Source: an uncultured Actinomycetes bacterium (lineage in GTDB: Bacteria; Actinomycetota; Coriobacteriia; Coriobacteriales; Atopobiaceae). Taken from it: a stretch of DNA of 25,434 nucleotides. Of this stretch, positions 1 to 8,152 are shown in pieces (the stretch's first letter is position 1; every line of letters starts with the position of its first letter). The position numbers and the translations under genes are program-made. The notes under the pieces are model-generated. The model had not been told where the DNA came from. It did no database searches and saw nothing but the letters and a program-made list of their open reading frames with translations. The stretch is taken from positions 1 to 25,434 of the forward strand of contig OMXZ01000026.1 of NCBI GenBank assembly GCA_900315165.1, written 5' to 3'.

Positions 1-156
1 CGCGTAGGTGCGCTCCAGGACCTGGTTGTGCTTCTCGACCTTCTCCGTGAGGGCGTCGAGCTTGACCTCCATGACGGCTCTGCTCTTAGAGTTGGAAAGG
101 ATCACCCCAATCAGCGTTACGACACCGGTAATGCACGCCACGATGATTGACTCCAT
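1..156 (-). CDS. small membrane/coiled-coil protein, C-terminal part lost at window edge (N-term MESIIVACITGVVTLIGVILSNSKSRAVMEVKLDALTEKVEKHNQ...)
   Basis: The ATG at 156-154 on the minus strand is preceded by GGGAGG 8-9 nt upstream. There is one hydrophobic helix followed by a charged helical segment. The frame stays open to position 1. It is absent from the ORF track only because it runs off the window. Only the topology is holin- or XhlA-like. Confidence 0.3.
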   Translation of the reverse strand, partial: MESIIVACITGVVTLIGVILSNSKSRAVMEVKLDALTEKVEKHNQVLERTYA

Positions 157-163
157 AGAAGAA

Positions 164-202
164 CTGCCTCCCGAGATCGACTTTTCGTCCTCGGGAGGCA
201 GT
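164..202. terminator. 12-bp perfect inverted repeat hairpin (ctgcctcccgag ... ctcgggaggcag) between two co-directional minus-strand genes; it also contains the GGGAGG RBS of the downstream gene
   Basis: The stem and 15-nt loop are read directly from the sequence. It lies 40 nt downstream of the stop of the 244..912 gene. Confidence 0.35.
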
Positions 203-243
203 TTCTGACTGCGTCACAAATTCAGTTTTTGCTGGCGAAAGCG

Positions 244-912
244 TTAATCGTCTACAAGGTATTTCTCCGCAAAGGCATCCGCGTCGTAATCGTCCTCTTC
301 GGGCTCATAGACCGTTGCAAGCCCACGCTCAACAAGGTAGTCGAGCATTGCCTCGTAAACGTCCCGCTCAGTCTTCCACTCCATGGCTTCCTGCATGTCA
401 ATGAAATATTCGGGTGTGCAGTTGGGAAACCATGCGCTAAGCACCTTAGTCGTCATGCGGTCTAGTTGGTCCTTAATCCTTTGTTGTACGTTCACAGGCT
501 TGGAGCTGAATTCTTCCCATGAGATTCCGTGCAGTAGCAAGGTATCCTTGAGGTGGTCTCGAACTGCCACACCTTCTTGCTCGCGATGTAGGTATGGGAA
601 GTGCTTTGGATCCAGGTAAGTGTCTCGCCAGTAGTCACGAACCCCCTCTTCGTCCATGACTGGCAAAGCCATTGTCCAGGAATACTTACCGGCAAGATAA
701 TCGGGGTGTACGTTTATACGACGCGCGATTCGTTCGAGCAGATCGGCGTCAATCTCTTTCGCCTTCACGGCCCTGCCTATAGTCTTGTCCGTCTTCCCAA
801 TCTCCTCGTCCTTGCCAAGCTGGCGGATGCTCGATCCTTGCTTTTTGATGACCCATTTGAACCATTCGGGATCTATCGGGACGCTGAATTTCTTGTTTGC
901 GCTGTCGTCCAT
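244..912 (-). CDS. hypothetical protein with N-terminal XRE/Cro-C1-type helix-turn-helix and an acidic C-terminal domain
   Basis: This is the 227-aa ORF in the track, trimmed to the ATG at 912 (GAGGAT RBS 9 nt upstream). The 927 start is a GTG. The segment SIRQLGKDEEIGKTDKTIGRAVKAKEIDADLLERIARRINVHPDYLAG matches the XRE HTH pattern. GC is lower than in the prophage core. Confidence 0.5.
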   Translation of the reverse strand: MDDSANKKFSVPIDPEWFKWVIKKQGSSIRQLGKDEEIGKTDKTIGRAVKAKEIDADLLERIARRINVHPDYLAGKYSWTMALPVMDEEGVRDYWRDTYLDPKHFPYLHREQEGVAVRDHLKDTLLLHGISWEEFSSKPVNVQQRIKDQLDRMTTKVLSAWFPNCTPEYFIDMQEAMEWKTERDVYEAMLDYLVERGLATVYEPEEDDYDADAFAEKYLVDD

Positions 913-1083
913 ATCTTTTATCCTCACAATGCCGACATTTATTTGTCTGCAACTGTAGCGTTCTGATTCGGTTTGGTGTACTATGCCCTTGGGCCCATTG
1001 CAGACTTTCTAATGTCCGCAGTCAGATAATAACCGATAGACGAGTCTCACACAAGACCATCAACAAGTAGAGAGGCATGATAC

Positions 1084-1410
1084 ATGAACACCGTTTGTTC
1101 CCCTGAGTATTCCGACAATAGGCGCTATGAGTTAATCCGGGCAAACAACCTGGACATGGCGAAAAGCGTCCTGGGCAAGGCTTTGGATGCTAACCAGGCC
1201 ATTGCAATGCGCCAGCTTGACGTTTATTCCATGCAGGCAGACGAGGCAGAAGCAGCAGCGTTGAGTGATAACCTCGACGAGAGCCAGAAGATTGCTGCAG
1301 TTAAACGCAGCTACGCGATAAGGGCTGATATGAATCACCAGGTTCAACGCCATACGGCACTGAATACGCTGATTGCTTTTGGCTCCATGGTGCTGGAGGC
1401 CGTGGTCTAG
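1084..1410 (+). CDS. hypothetical small protein (108 aa)
   Basis: ATG with an AGAGAGG RBS 8 nt upstream and coding-like composition. No recognisable domain. Confidence 0.4.
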   Translation: MNTVCSPEYSDNRRYELIRANNLDMAKSVLGKALDANQAIAMRQLDVYSMQADEAEAAALSDNLDESQKIAAVKRSYAIRADMNHQVQRHTALNTLIAFGSMVLEAVV

Positions 1411-1447
1411 CGACAAGACAACACATCAACACGACGATCCAAGTTAA

Positions 1448-1478
1448 TTGCCGGCGCCCAACTAATGAGCGCCGGCGA
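1448..1478. terminator. GC hairpin (gccggcgc / gcgccggc, 8-bp stem, 12-nt loop) between convergent genes
   Basis: Read directly from the sequence. It sits between the stop of 1084..1410 (+) and the stop of 1483..2835 (-). Confidence 0.45.
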
Positions 1479-1482
1479 AGCT

Positions 1483-2835
1483 TTATGCAGCAGTAAGGTA
1501 CCCCGCCTGGCCGCTTCGGTCGATCTTCATGTACGTGTATCCCGTGTTCGAGCTCGACCAGACCGTCCCGTTGCCACCCACGAGCGAGCGGCAGTTGTAG
1601 AAGCACTGCGAGCCAGAGATTCCGCTCGAGGGAAGCGTCCAGGTGCTGTCCGCGTAGATCGTCGTGAGCGACGAGCAGCCCGAGAAGCAGTAGAACAGGT
1701 CCGTGAGCGTCGATGGGTCGAAACCTCGGAAGTCGAGCGTGGTCACCGCGCAAGAGCTGAATGTGTAGCGCATCTGTCGGACACCTGAGAGGTTGCCAAG
1801 CCCGTTGATGCTCGCGAGATTCGTGCAGCTGTAGAACAGGTAAATCAGGTTCAGGTAAGAGAACGTCGACATGTCCGCAGCGAAGGTCGCGCTCGTGAGG
1901 TATTGGCGGTGCGTCGGCCCGGCCATGCCGTCCCAGGGAGTGAAACCGGAGGCACGGAGTGTACGCGTCGGATCAGGGATGGAGGAAGCCGTCAGCACCG
2001 CCTCGCCATCGTCGTAATAGTGAGCCCAGAACCACGTTCGCGCATCGGCGTTCGGGTCGGTGAGCACGCCGCCGGCCCCGATCTTGCACACGGTCGCCCC
2101 GCTAGTGTTGGAAGGAACGAAGCCGTCGGTGCCGCCGACGAGGCGGCTGCACCCGTTGAACATGAGCGAGCCCGAGAGCCCCGTGTTGTTGAACGAGGTC
2201 GCGTAGATTGTCTCGAGAGAGGGGCAGCTGCTGAACATCTGCGCCGCGCTCGTGATTCCGGAGAGGTTCTCGAAGCCGGAGACCTCGGTCATGCTCTGGA
2301 AAGCGTTGAACAGGTAGTCCGCCTTCCTCATGCCGACCTGTGGCCAGGAGGAGTGGATCACGACCTTCTTCACCTGCAGCTTGACGGAGTCATACGGTCG
2401 AGCCGCCGCCGACGAGTAGCCTGCAGGGTCGATCTCCCAGGCGTTAACGGGCACGCCGCCGGAGTAGCAGTGTCGCCCGTCCACGTAGTTGAACTCCAGG
2501 GTGCCGAGGGAAGTCAGCACGGCCCTCGGCTTCAACCCGACGTCCCACTCGAGCGCCAGGATGGCTGCAGCCATGTCTCCCGGCTGGTAGCGGGTGGAGA
2601 GCCCGTTCTGCCCGCGAATGGCAGCGGCGATGTCCGAGAAGATCGACTCGGGCAGCACGCCGGACTCGAGCGCCATGTACGGCTGCTCCTGGTAGTCGCC
2701 GGCGTCGGTTCCGTCGAGAGCCGACACTGCGGCAGCCATCTCGCGGGGCTTGTACAGCGTGGCCACGCCGGCCTTGTAGCGGATCGCGTTGGCGATGTCG
2801 GTGAGGATGGATGTCGAGACGGTTCCAACAGCCAT
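1483..2835 (-). CDS. phage tail fibre / receptor-binding protein: N-terminal tandem 'IANAIRYKAG..Y.P.EMAAAV.AL' repeats plus C-terminal BspA-type leucine-rich repeats (F..C..L..I motifs)
   Basis: The 450-aa ORF starts 2 nt after the stop of the collagen-like gene. The N-terminus has two copies of the AIRxKxG...YxPxxMAAAIxAL motif common in gut prophage fibre N-termini. The C-terminal about 300 aa carries repeated FSSCxSLxxI / FxGCSxLxxI units (LRR_5/BspA-like). Confidence 0.7.
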   Translation of the reverse strand: MAVGTVSTSILTDIANAIRYKAGVATLYKPREMAAAVSALDGTDAGDYQEQPYMALESGVLPESIFSDIAAAIRGQNGLSTRYQPGDMAAAILALEWDVGLKPRAVLTSLGTLEFNYVDGRHCYSGGVPVNAWEIDPAGYSSAAARPYDSVKLQVKKVVIHSSWPQVGMRKADYLFNAFQSMTEVSGFENLSGITSAAQMFSSCPSLETIYATSFNNTGLSGSLMFNGCSRLVGGTDGFVPSNTSGATVCKIGAGGVLTDPNADARTWFWAHYYDDGEAVLTASSIPDPTRTLRASGFTPWDGMAGPTHRQYLTSATFAADMSTFSYLNLIYLFYSCTNLASINGLGNLSGVRQMRYTFSSCAVTTLDFRGFDPSTLTDLFYCFSGCSSLTTIYADSTWTLPSSGISGSQCFYNCRSLVGGNGTVWSSSNTGYTYMKIDRSGQAGYLTAA

Positions 2836-2837
2836 GA

Positions 2838-4331
2838 CTAGAACTCCTCTTCTTCGAGGTTCGCCAGCGCCGCGATTGCGTCGTCGACGTACTGCTTGGT
2901 GGCGTAGCTCGTCAGGTCGATCGAGAGCGTGCCGCCAGAATAAGAGAGCGGGCTCTGCGCGTTGATGGTGGGCGTCGTTCCCGCCGGCCCCTGCGGACCC
3001 TGCGGTCCCGTGGCCCCCGTCTCGCCCTTGAGGTTGTGGAAGGCGAATGCGAACGTCCTGGCAGACGCCGTGCCGCCGAGCGTGACGTTCACGGAAGGCG
3101 TGCCGGTAGACGAGTCGACGGTGGCCGAGGCGCCGGTGATGGTCGCGTCCGCGCCGTCGTCGCCCGTGTCGCCCTTGGGTCCCTGCGGTCCTGTGGCGCC
3201 GGTCGCGCCGGTCTCGCCCTGTGGCCCCGTCTCACCCTGGGGGCCGGTCTCGCCCTGGATCCCCTGGATGCCCTGTGGCCCACGAAGGTCGGCCGAGCTC
3301 GTTCCCGACGCGCTTGTCACGGTCAATACCGAGCCGTTCCAGCTGTGCGTGCAAGGCGTGCCGTCGGCGCCGGCAGGCCCCGTCGCTCCCTGCGGCCCAG
3401 TCGGACCGGTCGCGCCGGTATCTCCCGTGTCGCCTTTTGGCCCTTGCGGTCCTGTGGCACCAGTCAACCCTTGGATTCCTTGCGGTCCCTGCTCGCCAGT
3501 GTCGCCCTTCGGCCCTTGCGGTCCCGTGGCGCCAGTGGCTCCCGTATCGCCCTTGTCACCCTTCGGGCCGGTGAGGCCCTGGATGCCCTGTGGCCCCTGC
3601 TCGCCCGTGTCACCTTTCGGGCCCTGGGGGCCGGTCTCGCCGGTGTCACCCTTGTCGCCCTTCACGCCCTTGGCCACGTCGGCCGTAGTCGTGCCGTTCT
3701 TGTCGGTGATCGTGATGGTGCAGCCGCCCTCGGTCTGCGTGACGGTGGCCGTCGGGCTGAAACCATCCGCGCCGTCGTAGTCTCCGCGCTGCGCAGCGGC
3801 CTGGATAGCAGCCGCGACAGCACTCGCGCTGTCCGCCGCATCCTCAGCGGCCTCGGCCGCCTCGTTGGCGGCGTCAGCGGCCTCGTTGGTGACCTCGATC
3901 GCGCCCTCGTAGCGCTTGATGGTCTCGACGAACAGTGTGAAGCCGTCCTCGCTCTCGGTGCCGCCGATGATGACGGGCTCAACCCGGATCGTGAACGCCC
4001 TCGTGGAGATGGACTTGTCATCCCAGCTCACCATGCACTGCGCGTCGACCGCGCCCTCGGTCTCCTGCATGGCCGCCGGATAGTAGACAACGTACTGCCC
4101 AAGCGAGGCGTCTATCTCCGCCATGGGCTCGCAGCCGCGCCTGCCGGTCGCCTTGTGCCGCCAGATGAAGTAGACCTCGGCCCCCGTCAGGTCGGATGCG
4201 CGTCCGCCCTGCCGAACGTGCAGCTCAAGGCCGCGCCCCGTGGCGTCCGCAGGCAACGCCACCAGGAAGTCGCCCAGCCGCTCGTCGGCCGAGTCCCATA
4301 TGATCGTGTGAAGTCCGTACCCGTCGAGCAT
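2838..4331 (-). CDS. collagen-like tail fibre with BppU-like N-terminal domain (baseplate upper protein family)
   Basis: The track ORF 2838..4778 is trimmed to the ATG at 4331, which has a GGAGAGGGGGG RBS. The upstream 150 codons are Arg/Gly read-through across the TetR gene. An alternative start is the GTG at 4379, which overlaps the TetR stop. There are more than 60 G-X-Y triplets ([22 protein letters not shown], repeated) and a C-terminal Thr/Ser-rich domain ending EEEEF. Confidence 0.7.
   Translation of the reverse strand: MLDGYGLHTIIWDSADERLGDFLVALPADATGRGLELHVRQGGRASDLTGAEVYFIWRHKATGRRGCEPMAEIDASLGQYVVYYPAAMQETEGAVDAQCMVSWDDKSISTRAFTIRVEPVIIGGTESEDGFTLFVETIKRYEGAIEVTNEAADAANEAAEAAEDAADSASAVAAAIQAAAQRGDYDGADGFSPTATVTQTEGGCTITITDKNGTTTADVAKGVKGDKGDTGETGPQGPKGDTGEQGPQGIQGLTGPKGDKGDTGATGATGPQGPKGDTGEQGPQGIQGLTGATGPQGPKGDTGDTGATGPTGPQGATGPAGADGTPCTHSWNGSVLTVTSASGTSSADLRGPQGIQGIQGETGPQGETGPQGETGATGATGPQGPKGDTGDDGADATITGASATVDSSTGTPSVNVTLGGTASARTFAFAFHNLKGETGATGPQGPQGPAGTTPTINAQSPLSYSGGTLSIDLTSYATKQYVDDAIAALANLEEEEF
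2990..3700. repeat. DNA-level tandem/direct repeats produced by the collagen G-X-Y coding region (e.g. duplicated block encoding [17 protein letters not shown])
   Basis: Repeated ggtcc/ggccc/cttgcggtcc 9-mers are visible in the sequence. They give rise to the spurious Pro/Cys/Gly-rich plus-strand ORF 2962..3780. Confidence 0.6.
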
Positions 4332-4375
4332 GCCGCCCCCCTCTCCGTAGTTGCCGAGAAGAGCATCCGCCCATG

Positions 4376-4936
4376 TCACATACTGGCCCCGCCGGCCCCC
4401 TCGAGCGCGGCCATGGTCGCCACCGCGCCGGAACCCAGCGGGCGCGATGCGAACGCGACCATCTGCCCGGCGTCGGGGGCCAGGGTCTCGTCGCCCAGCA
4501 CCGCGACGATGCCGCCGAATATGAACGTGAGGTCGCGGCGCTGCGCGTCGCCCAGATCGGACTCGGCCACGCCCGCGCCCTCCAGCCAGAGCGCGCGCAG
4601 GGAGGATGCGAGCATGCTGGTGAGCTCGGCCGACCCGCTTCTGGCAGCCAGGGTCACCCGCCGCAGGCGCCGCTCCCGCATCGGGTCCGGGTAGGGCGGC
4701 GCGCCGGCCAGCAGGTCGGAGACGAGCCTGGCGTCGAGCTCCGCCTCCAGCGCGTAACGCGCCAGGTCGGCCACGCATCCGAAGTGGTAGTAGAGGGTGT
4801 TCGGGCTCGCCCCAGCCCGCCTCGCGAGCGACACCACCTTGATTTCCGAGTAGGGCATCTCCGAAAGCATCCCCCAGAAAGCCTCGGCCAGGCGCTCCAC
4901 GGCGCCCGGGCTCGACCCCTTCGCCGGCCTCGCCAT
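4376..4936 (-). CDS. TetR/AcrR-family transcriptional regulator
   Basis: ATG at 4936 with GGGAGG 8 nt upstream. The N-terminal HTH ([17 protein letters not shown]) fits the TetR signature. Length is 186 aa. The track ORF is extended to 5002 by a non-start Met. Confidence 0.8.
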   Translation of the reverse strand: MARPAKGSSPGAVERLAEAFWGMLSEMPYSEIKVVSLARRAGASPNTLYYHFGCVADLARYALEAELDARLVSDLLAGAPPYPDPMRERRLRRVTLAARSGSAELTSMLASSLRALWLEGAGVAESDLGDAQRRDLTFIFGGIVAVLGDETLAPDAGQMVAFASRPLGSGAVATMAALEGAGGASM

Positions 4937-4946
4937 ACGCGCCACC

Positions 4947-5011
4947 TCCCGTAATAGTAAAGATCCGCAGGTTCTTTCAGTTTTCCCGTAATAGGAAAGC
5001 AATTACTATTT
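4947..5011. promoter_or_regulatory. tetR 5' region with two 16-bp direct repeats (tcccgtaatagTaaag at 4947-4962, tcccgtaatagGaaag at 4984-4999) and an AATAGTAA/TTACTATT inverted pair; candidate operator/promoter
   Basis: The repeats are read directly. The first repeat abuts the tetR Shine-Dalgarno sequence. The region is AT-rich and intergenic. Confidence 0.4.
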
Positions 5012-5044
5012 GAAGCAGCATAGCACAGGAAGAAGGAGGAAAGC

Positions 5045-5131
5045 ATGAGCATGGCTGACGTGTTCTGGTACGCGTGGCCCTGGGTTGTTGAACGACAAAT
5101 TGCGGACACCTCCCGGCCTCGCATTATTTAA
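5045..5131 (+). CDS. 28-aa Trp-rich small ORF (MSMADVFWYAWPWVVERQIADTSRPRII) divergent from tetR; possible leader/upstream ORF of the HXXEE gene before transposon insertion
   Basis: A perfect AGGAGG lies 5 nt upstream of the ATG. The TAA stop overlaps the proposed transposon insertion point. It is too short for the ORF track. Confidence 0.25.
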   Translation: MSMADVFWYAWPWVVERQIADTSRPRII

Positions 5132-5157
5132 TATGCGCCGCCGTTCCCTGCGCATGA

Positions 5158-5191
5158 GTTGCGGGGGCTGCCATGCGGCGGCCCCCGCAAC
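5158..5191 (-). terminator. strong GC hairpin (gttgcgggggctgcc atgc ggcggcccccgcaac, 14-bp stem with 1 mismatch) just downstream of the last gene of the transposon operon
   Basis: Read directly. No U-tract, as is common for terminators in high-GC bacteria. It lies inside the proposed left end of the element. Confidence 0.4.
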
Positions 5192-5208
5192 GTAGGCCGG
5201 TCATCGTC

Positions 5209-5472
5209 CTAGTCCACGAGGTTGTAGCGCGCAAGGCGGTCGGCGAACGCCCTGAGCCTCCTCGCGACGTCCGGGAAGTCGAGGTCGAAGCCGCGGACGG
5301 TGACCTCGATGACGGGGTCGGCCGGGAACCCCGACACGCCGAACGCCCAGTCCTCGACCTCGAAGTCGATGTCGGGGAGCCTCACCCTGACCCTGACCGG
5401 CGTCCCCGGCGGGCACTCCGCGAGCCACTCCGACAGCCACCCGGCCTCGTTCGCGCGCACCGCCCCCGTCAC
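5209..5472 (-). CDS. small hypothetical protein (87 aa, VTGAVRANEAGWLSEWLAECPPGTPVRVRVRLPDIDFEVEDW...) translationally coupled to the ATPase
   Basis: The GTG start overlaps the ATPase TGA stop as GTGA. This is the C-terminal part of track ORF 5209..6090. Its sequence looks protein-like, in contrast to the Arg-rich upstream part. No recognised domain. Confidence 0.35.
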   Translation of the reverse strand: MTGAVRANEAGWLSEWLAECPPGTPVRVRVRLPDIDFEVEDWAFGVSGFPADPVIEVTVRGFDLDFPDVARRLRAFADRLARYNLVD

Positions 5473-6281
5473 AGTATCGCCAGCTCGTCGGCCGCGCAGC
5501 GCACCATCTCGGCGTCTATCGCCCTCGCCCTCTGCTGCGCGCCTATGGTGAGGGCGTTGGTCAGCACCGAGTTGAGCCGGCGCACCGAGCCGCCGGAGCA
5601 GCCGTGGGCGCCGGCGAGCGCCGCGTCGTCGAAGATCTCGGGGTCGGCGCCGACCCTGAGCAGCATCGAGCGCGCGTAGTCGGCGGCCTCGGCCCCGTCG
5701 AGCCCGCGCATGCGGTAGCTGGCCACGAGGCGCTGCCTGAGCGACTCGTGGGGCTGGCGCGACAGGTACTGGGCGAGCACCGAGTGGCCCACCAGCACGA
5801 TCGCCAGCATGTCGCGGGAGTCCATGTCGAAGTTGGCGATCATCTGCAGGTCCCGGAGGACCGACGACTGCAGGTAGTGGGCCTCGTCTATGACCAGGGT
5901 CACGCGCTGGCGCCTCTCCTCGACGAGCGAGCGCACGCACGCCTGCACGTCGCGGAACATGTCCGACTTCTTGAAGCAGGGCTCCACGCCCAGCCCCTGG
6001 CAGAGCTCGCGGTAGAACTCCATGTTGGTGACGGTCGACAGGCACAGGTAGACCAGGCGGTTGGCGTTGGGGTTGAGCCCGTCGGCCCACGTGCGCACGG
6101 CGAAGGTCTTGCCCACGCCGGGGTCGGCGGTTATGAGGCCGATCCCGCCCGTGCGGGCGAGGTGGCCCAGGCGCGCGTGCACCTGCCTCAGGTCCTCGGT
6201 CGGGTGGGCCATGTCGGCCGGCAGCCCCTTCGCGAACGGGTTGCGCGACATGTTGTAGAAGCGCAGGAACTCCTCGGCCAT
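5469..6281 (-). CDS. AAA_22-type transposition ATPase (TniB/TnsC/ExeA-like)
   Basis: Walker A DPGVGKTF and Walker B LVIDEAHYL are present. Length is 270 aa. It lies immediately downstream of the transposase with a 4-nt gap. Confidence 0.75.
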   Translation of the reverse strand: MAEEFLRFYNMSRNPFAKGLPADMAHPTEDLRQVHARLGHLARTGGIGLITADPGVGKTFAVRTWADGLNPNANRLVYLCLSTVTNMEFYRELCQGLGVEPCFKKSDMFRDVQACVRSLVEERRQRVTLVIDEAHYLQSSVLRDLQMIANFDMDSRDMLAIVLVGHSVLAQYLSRQPHESLRQRLVASYRMRGLDGAEAADYARSMLLRVGADPEIFDDAALAGAHGCSGGSVRRLNSVLTNALTIGAQQRARAIDAEMVRCAADELAIL

Positions 6282-6285
6282 GCCG

Positions 6286-7590
6286 CTACGCCCCCTCCCC
6301 GGCGCCCCAGTCGATCGAGTACGGCCGCACCCGCGGGGCCTCGGAGTTGGCGGCCTTGTCGGTGGGCGCGAGCCGCCGGCGCGAGCCGTCGGGCATGGCC
6401 AGCCACACGTCGCCCTCGCGGCCCGGCGTGAAGCGCAGCTCGACCCGCTCGCCGACGAGCCCCATCGGCACGTCGTAGAGCACGTGGTCGACGCGCACGG
6501 TGGCGTCGTTCGCCACCTTGCGCGTGACCCGGTTGCGGAAGGCCTCGTCGAGGGCCCCCTCGCCGCCGTCGAGGAAGCGCAGGCGGTCGGCCTCGGCGGC
6601 GAAGGCCTCGTTGGGCGCCAGCCCGGTGGACGAGTGGACCGCCGAGTTGTATGCGGCGACCCACCTGGCCAGCGCCGAGTTGAGGGCGTCCAGCGACTCC
6701 CTCGCCTCCTCGGGCAGCACCGACAGGAAGCGCATGCGGATCGTGCGGTTGAGGCGCTCGACCTTGCCCTTCGCGGCGCCGTCGCGCACCGCGGCGTGCA
6801 GCAGCACGATGCCCAGGCCGCCGCAGATGAGCGAGAGCTGGGCGTTCCTGTACGGCCCGCCGTTGTCGACGAACAGCCTCTCGGGGACCCCGTGCGACGC
6901 CACGGCGGCGCGCAGCGTCCCCTGGAAGCTGGCCGCGTCGTCGCGCGCCACGAAGCGGGCGGCCACGACCTTGCGCGACCTGTCGTCGATGATCGCCTGC
7001 AGGTAGGCGCGCCGGGGCGGCTGCCCCACGTGGGGGCCGTGGAGCGTGTCGGCCTGCCAGATGCCGTTGACGCGCGCCGCCTCGAAGGCGCGCCGGTCCT
7101 TGGCGGGCGCCTCCCCCCCGGGCAGGGGGTTGGCCCTGAACCACCGCTGCACAGTGGCCACCGAGAGCTCGCCCGCGGCCACGTAGCCCTCCTCCACCAG
7201 CCGCTCGTGGACCATCTTGGCGCTGATGCCGGGGTGCTCGGCGCGCATGGCCTGCACGTCGGCGCCGAGGTCGGCGTCGATCCGCCTGCTCGTGCCCAGG
7301 TCGCTGCGGCCCTTGGGCATGAGCCCCTCGAAGCCGAGCTTGAGGTACCTGCGCCTCCAGCTGGCGAGCGTCGAGGGCTTGAGCCGCACCCTCGTGCCGT
7401 CGGGCAGCCCGACGGGCTCGGCGCACACCCTCCTGAAGTACTCGGCCATGCTGGCGTCCGGGTAGGTCCCGTTCACCGCGGGCGCTACGAGCCCGAACTT
7501 GTACTCGGCGAGCTCGACCCGCCTCTTCTCCTTGGCGTCCACCGCCACACACCGTCCTCTCGGTCGCGTCGCGCACCATTGCGCGCACAC
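6286..7590 (-). CDS. DDE (rve-fold) transposase with Mu-transposase-type C-terminal domain (TniA/TnsB/Tn552 p480-like)
   Basis: The catalytic triad context is WQADTLHGP ... FVDNGGPY ... KGKVERLNRTI. The C-terminal segment ATVRVDHVLYDVPMGLVGERVELRF resembles the Mu C-terminal beta-barrel domain. The true start may be an internal GTG (VAVDAKEKRR...). Confidence 0.8.
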   Translation of the reverse strand: MCAQWCATRPRGRCVAVDAKEKRRVELAEYKFGLVAPAVNGTYPDASMAEYFRRVCAEPVGLPDGTRVRLKPSTLASWRRRYLKLGFEGLMPKGRSDLGTSRRIDADLGADVQAMRAEHPGISAKMVHERLVEEGYVAAGELSVATVQRWFRANPLPGGEAPAKDRRAFEAARVNGIWQADTLHGPHVGQPPRRAYLQAIIDDRSRKVVAARFVARDDAASFQGTLRAAVASHGVPERLFVDNGGPYRNAQLSLICGGLGIVLLHAAVRDGAAKGKVERLNRTIRMRFLSVLPEEARESLDALNSALARWVAAYNSAVHSSTGLAPNEAFAAEADRLRFLDGGEGALDEAFRNRVTRKVANDATVRVDHVLYDVPMGLVGERVELRFTPGREGDVWLAMPDGSRRRLAPTDKAANSEAPRVRPYSIDWGAGEGA

Positions 7591-7633
7591 GCGCGATGAT
7601 GGGGCAGGCGGGGGGCGGCCGCCAGGCGCCGAC

Positions 7634-8152
7634 CTATGTGGAGGGCCCCGGGGCCGGCGGCGAGGGCCCGCGCGGATTGTTTAATCTGACGCGCTCGGCG
7701 AAGCGCGTGCCGTAGGCGGCCGCGTGCAGCGCGGGCACGGCGCCCACGCCGGCCGAGGCCAGCGCGGCGTCGACGGCGGCCCTCGAGGCGCCGCAGGCGA
7801 GCAGCGCGCAGGCCCGCCTCCTGGCGCCGGACAGCAGTCGCCTGCGCGTCGTCTCGGATATCCCGAACGTACGCCTGACCTCGGCGTTCGAGGCGCCGGA
7901 GGCCCACGTGGCCAGCACGGCGAGCACGAGCGCCTCCGAGTGCTGCAGGTAGGGGACGACGCCCGGCGGGATCAACGCGTGCGTGGCCAGGCAGCTCATG
8001 CACCGCACGCGCCTGACGGCGATGCGCTCCTCGCGGCCCCTGTGGACGACGTGGCGCAGGTAGCTGCCGTGGGGCGCGTAGTTGCCCGGGCAGCCGCAGC
8101 GCGGGCAGGGCAGTGCCAGCGGGTTGCCGCCGCGGCCGTCTTCTCTTAGCAT
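7634..8152 (-). CDS. Zn-ribbon (CPRCG...HGSYLRH...RCMSC) plus C-terminal HTH (AEVRRTFGISETTRRRL) protein, probable accessory/regulatory component of the transposon
   Basis: It is the first gene of the co-directional four-gene block, with a Cys4/His pattern and an HTH-like helix. The C-terminal tail overlaps the inverted repeat TTAATCTGACGC at 7681-7692. Confidence 0.5.
   Translation of the reverse strand: MLREDGRGGNPLALPCPRCGCPGNYAPHGSYLRHVVHRGREERIAVRRVRCMSCLATHALIPPGVVPYLQHSEALVLAVLATWASGASNAEVRRTFGISETTRRRLLSGARRRACALLACGASRAAVDAALASAGVGAVPALHAAAYGTRFAERVRLNNPRGPSPPAPGPST

Noticed and set aside
8-208. 66-aa plus-strand ORF at the window start
   Set aside because: The opposite strand carries a better small membrane-protein ORF with a GGGAGG RBS. 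The plus-strand ORF has no RBS and odd composition.
2990-3700. Regular short repeats that could be mistaken for a CRISPR array
   Set aside because: They are in-frame G-X-Y collagen codons inside a long ORF. There are no spacer/repeat alternation of fixed length and no cas genes.
3036-4694. 552-aa plus-strand ORF and other long ORFs at 2962..3780(+), 1903..2841(+), 6188..7588(-), 6280..7599(+), 5209..6090(-, N-terminal part), 20948..22036(+)
   Set aside because: They run antisense or in an alternate frame over genes with clear domain signatures. Their composition is extremely Arg/Pro/Gly/Ala-rich, as expected for open frames in 70% GC DNA. No RBS or domain support.
2838-4778. N-terminal about 150 codons of the 646-aa collagen-like ORF ([17 protein letters not shown]...)
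   Set aside because: The composition is Arg/Gly/Pro-rich nonsense, out of frame over the better-supported TetR gene. An internal ATG at 4331 has a strong RBS. I kept only 2838..4331.
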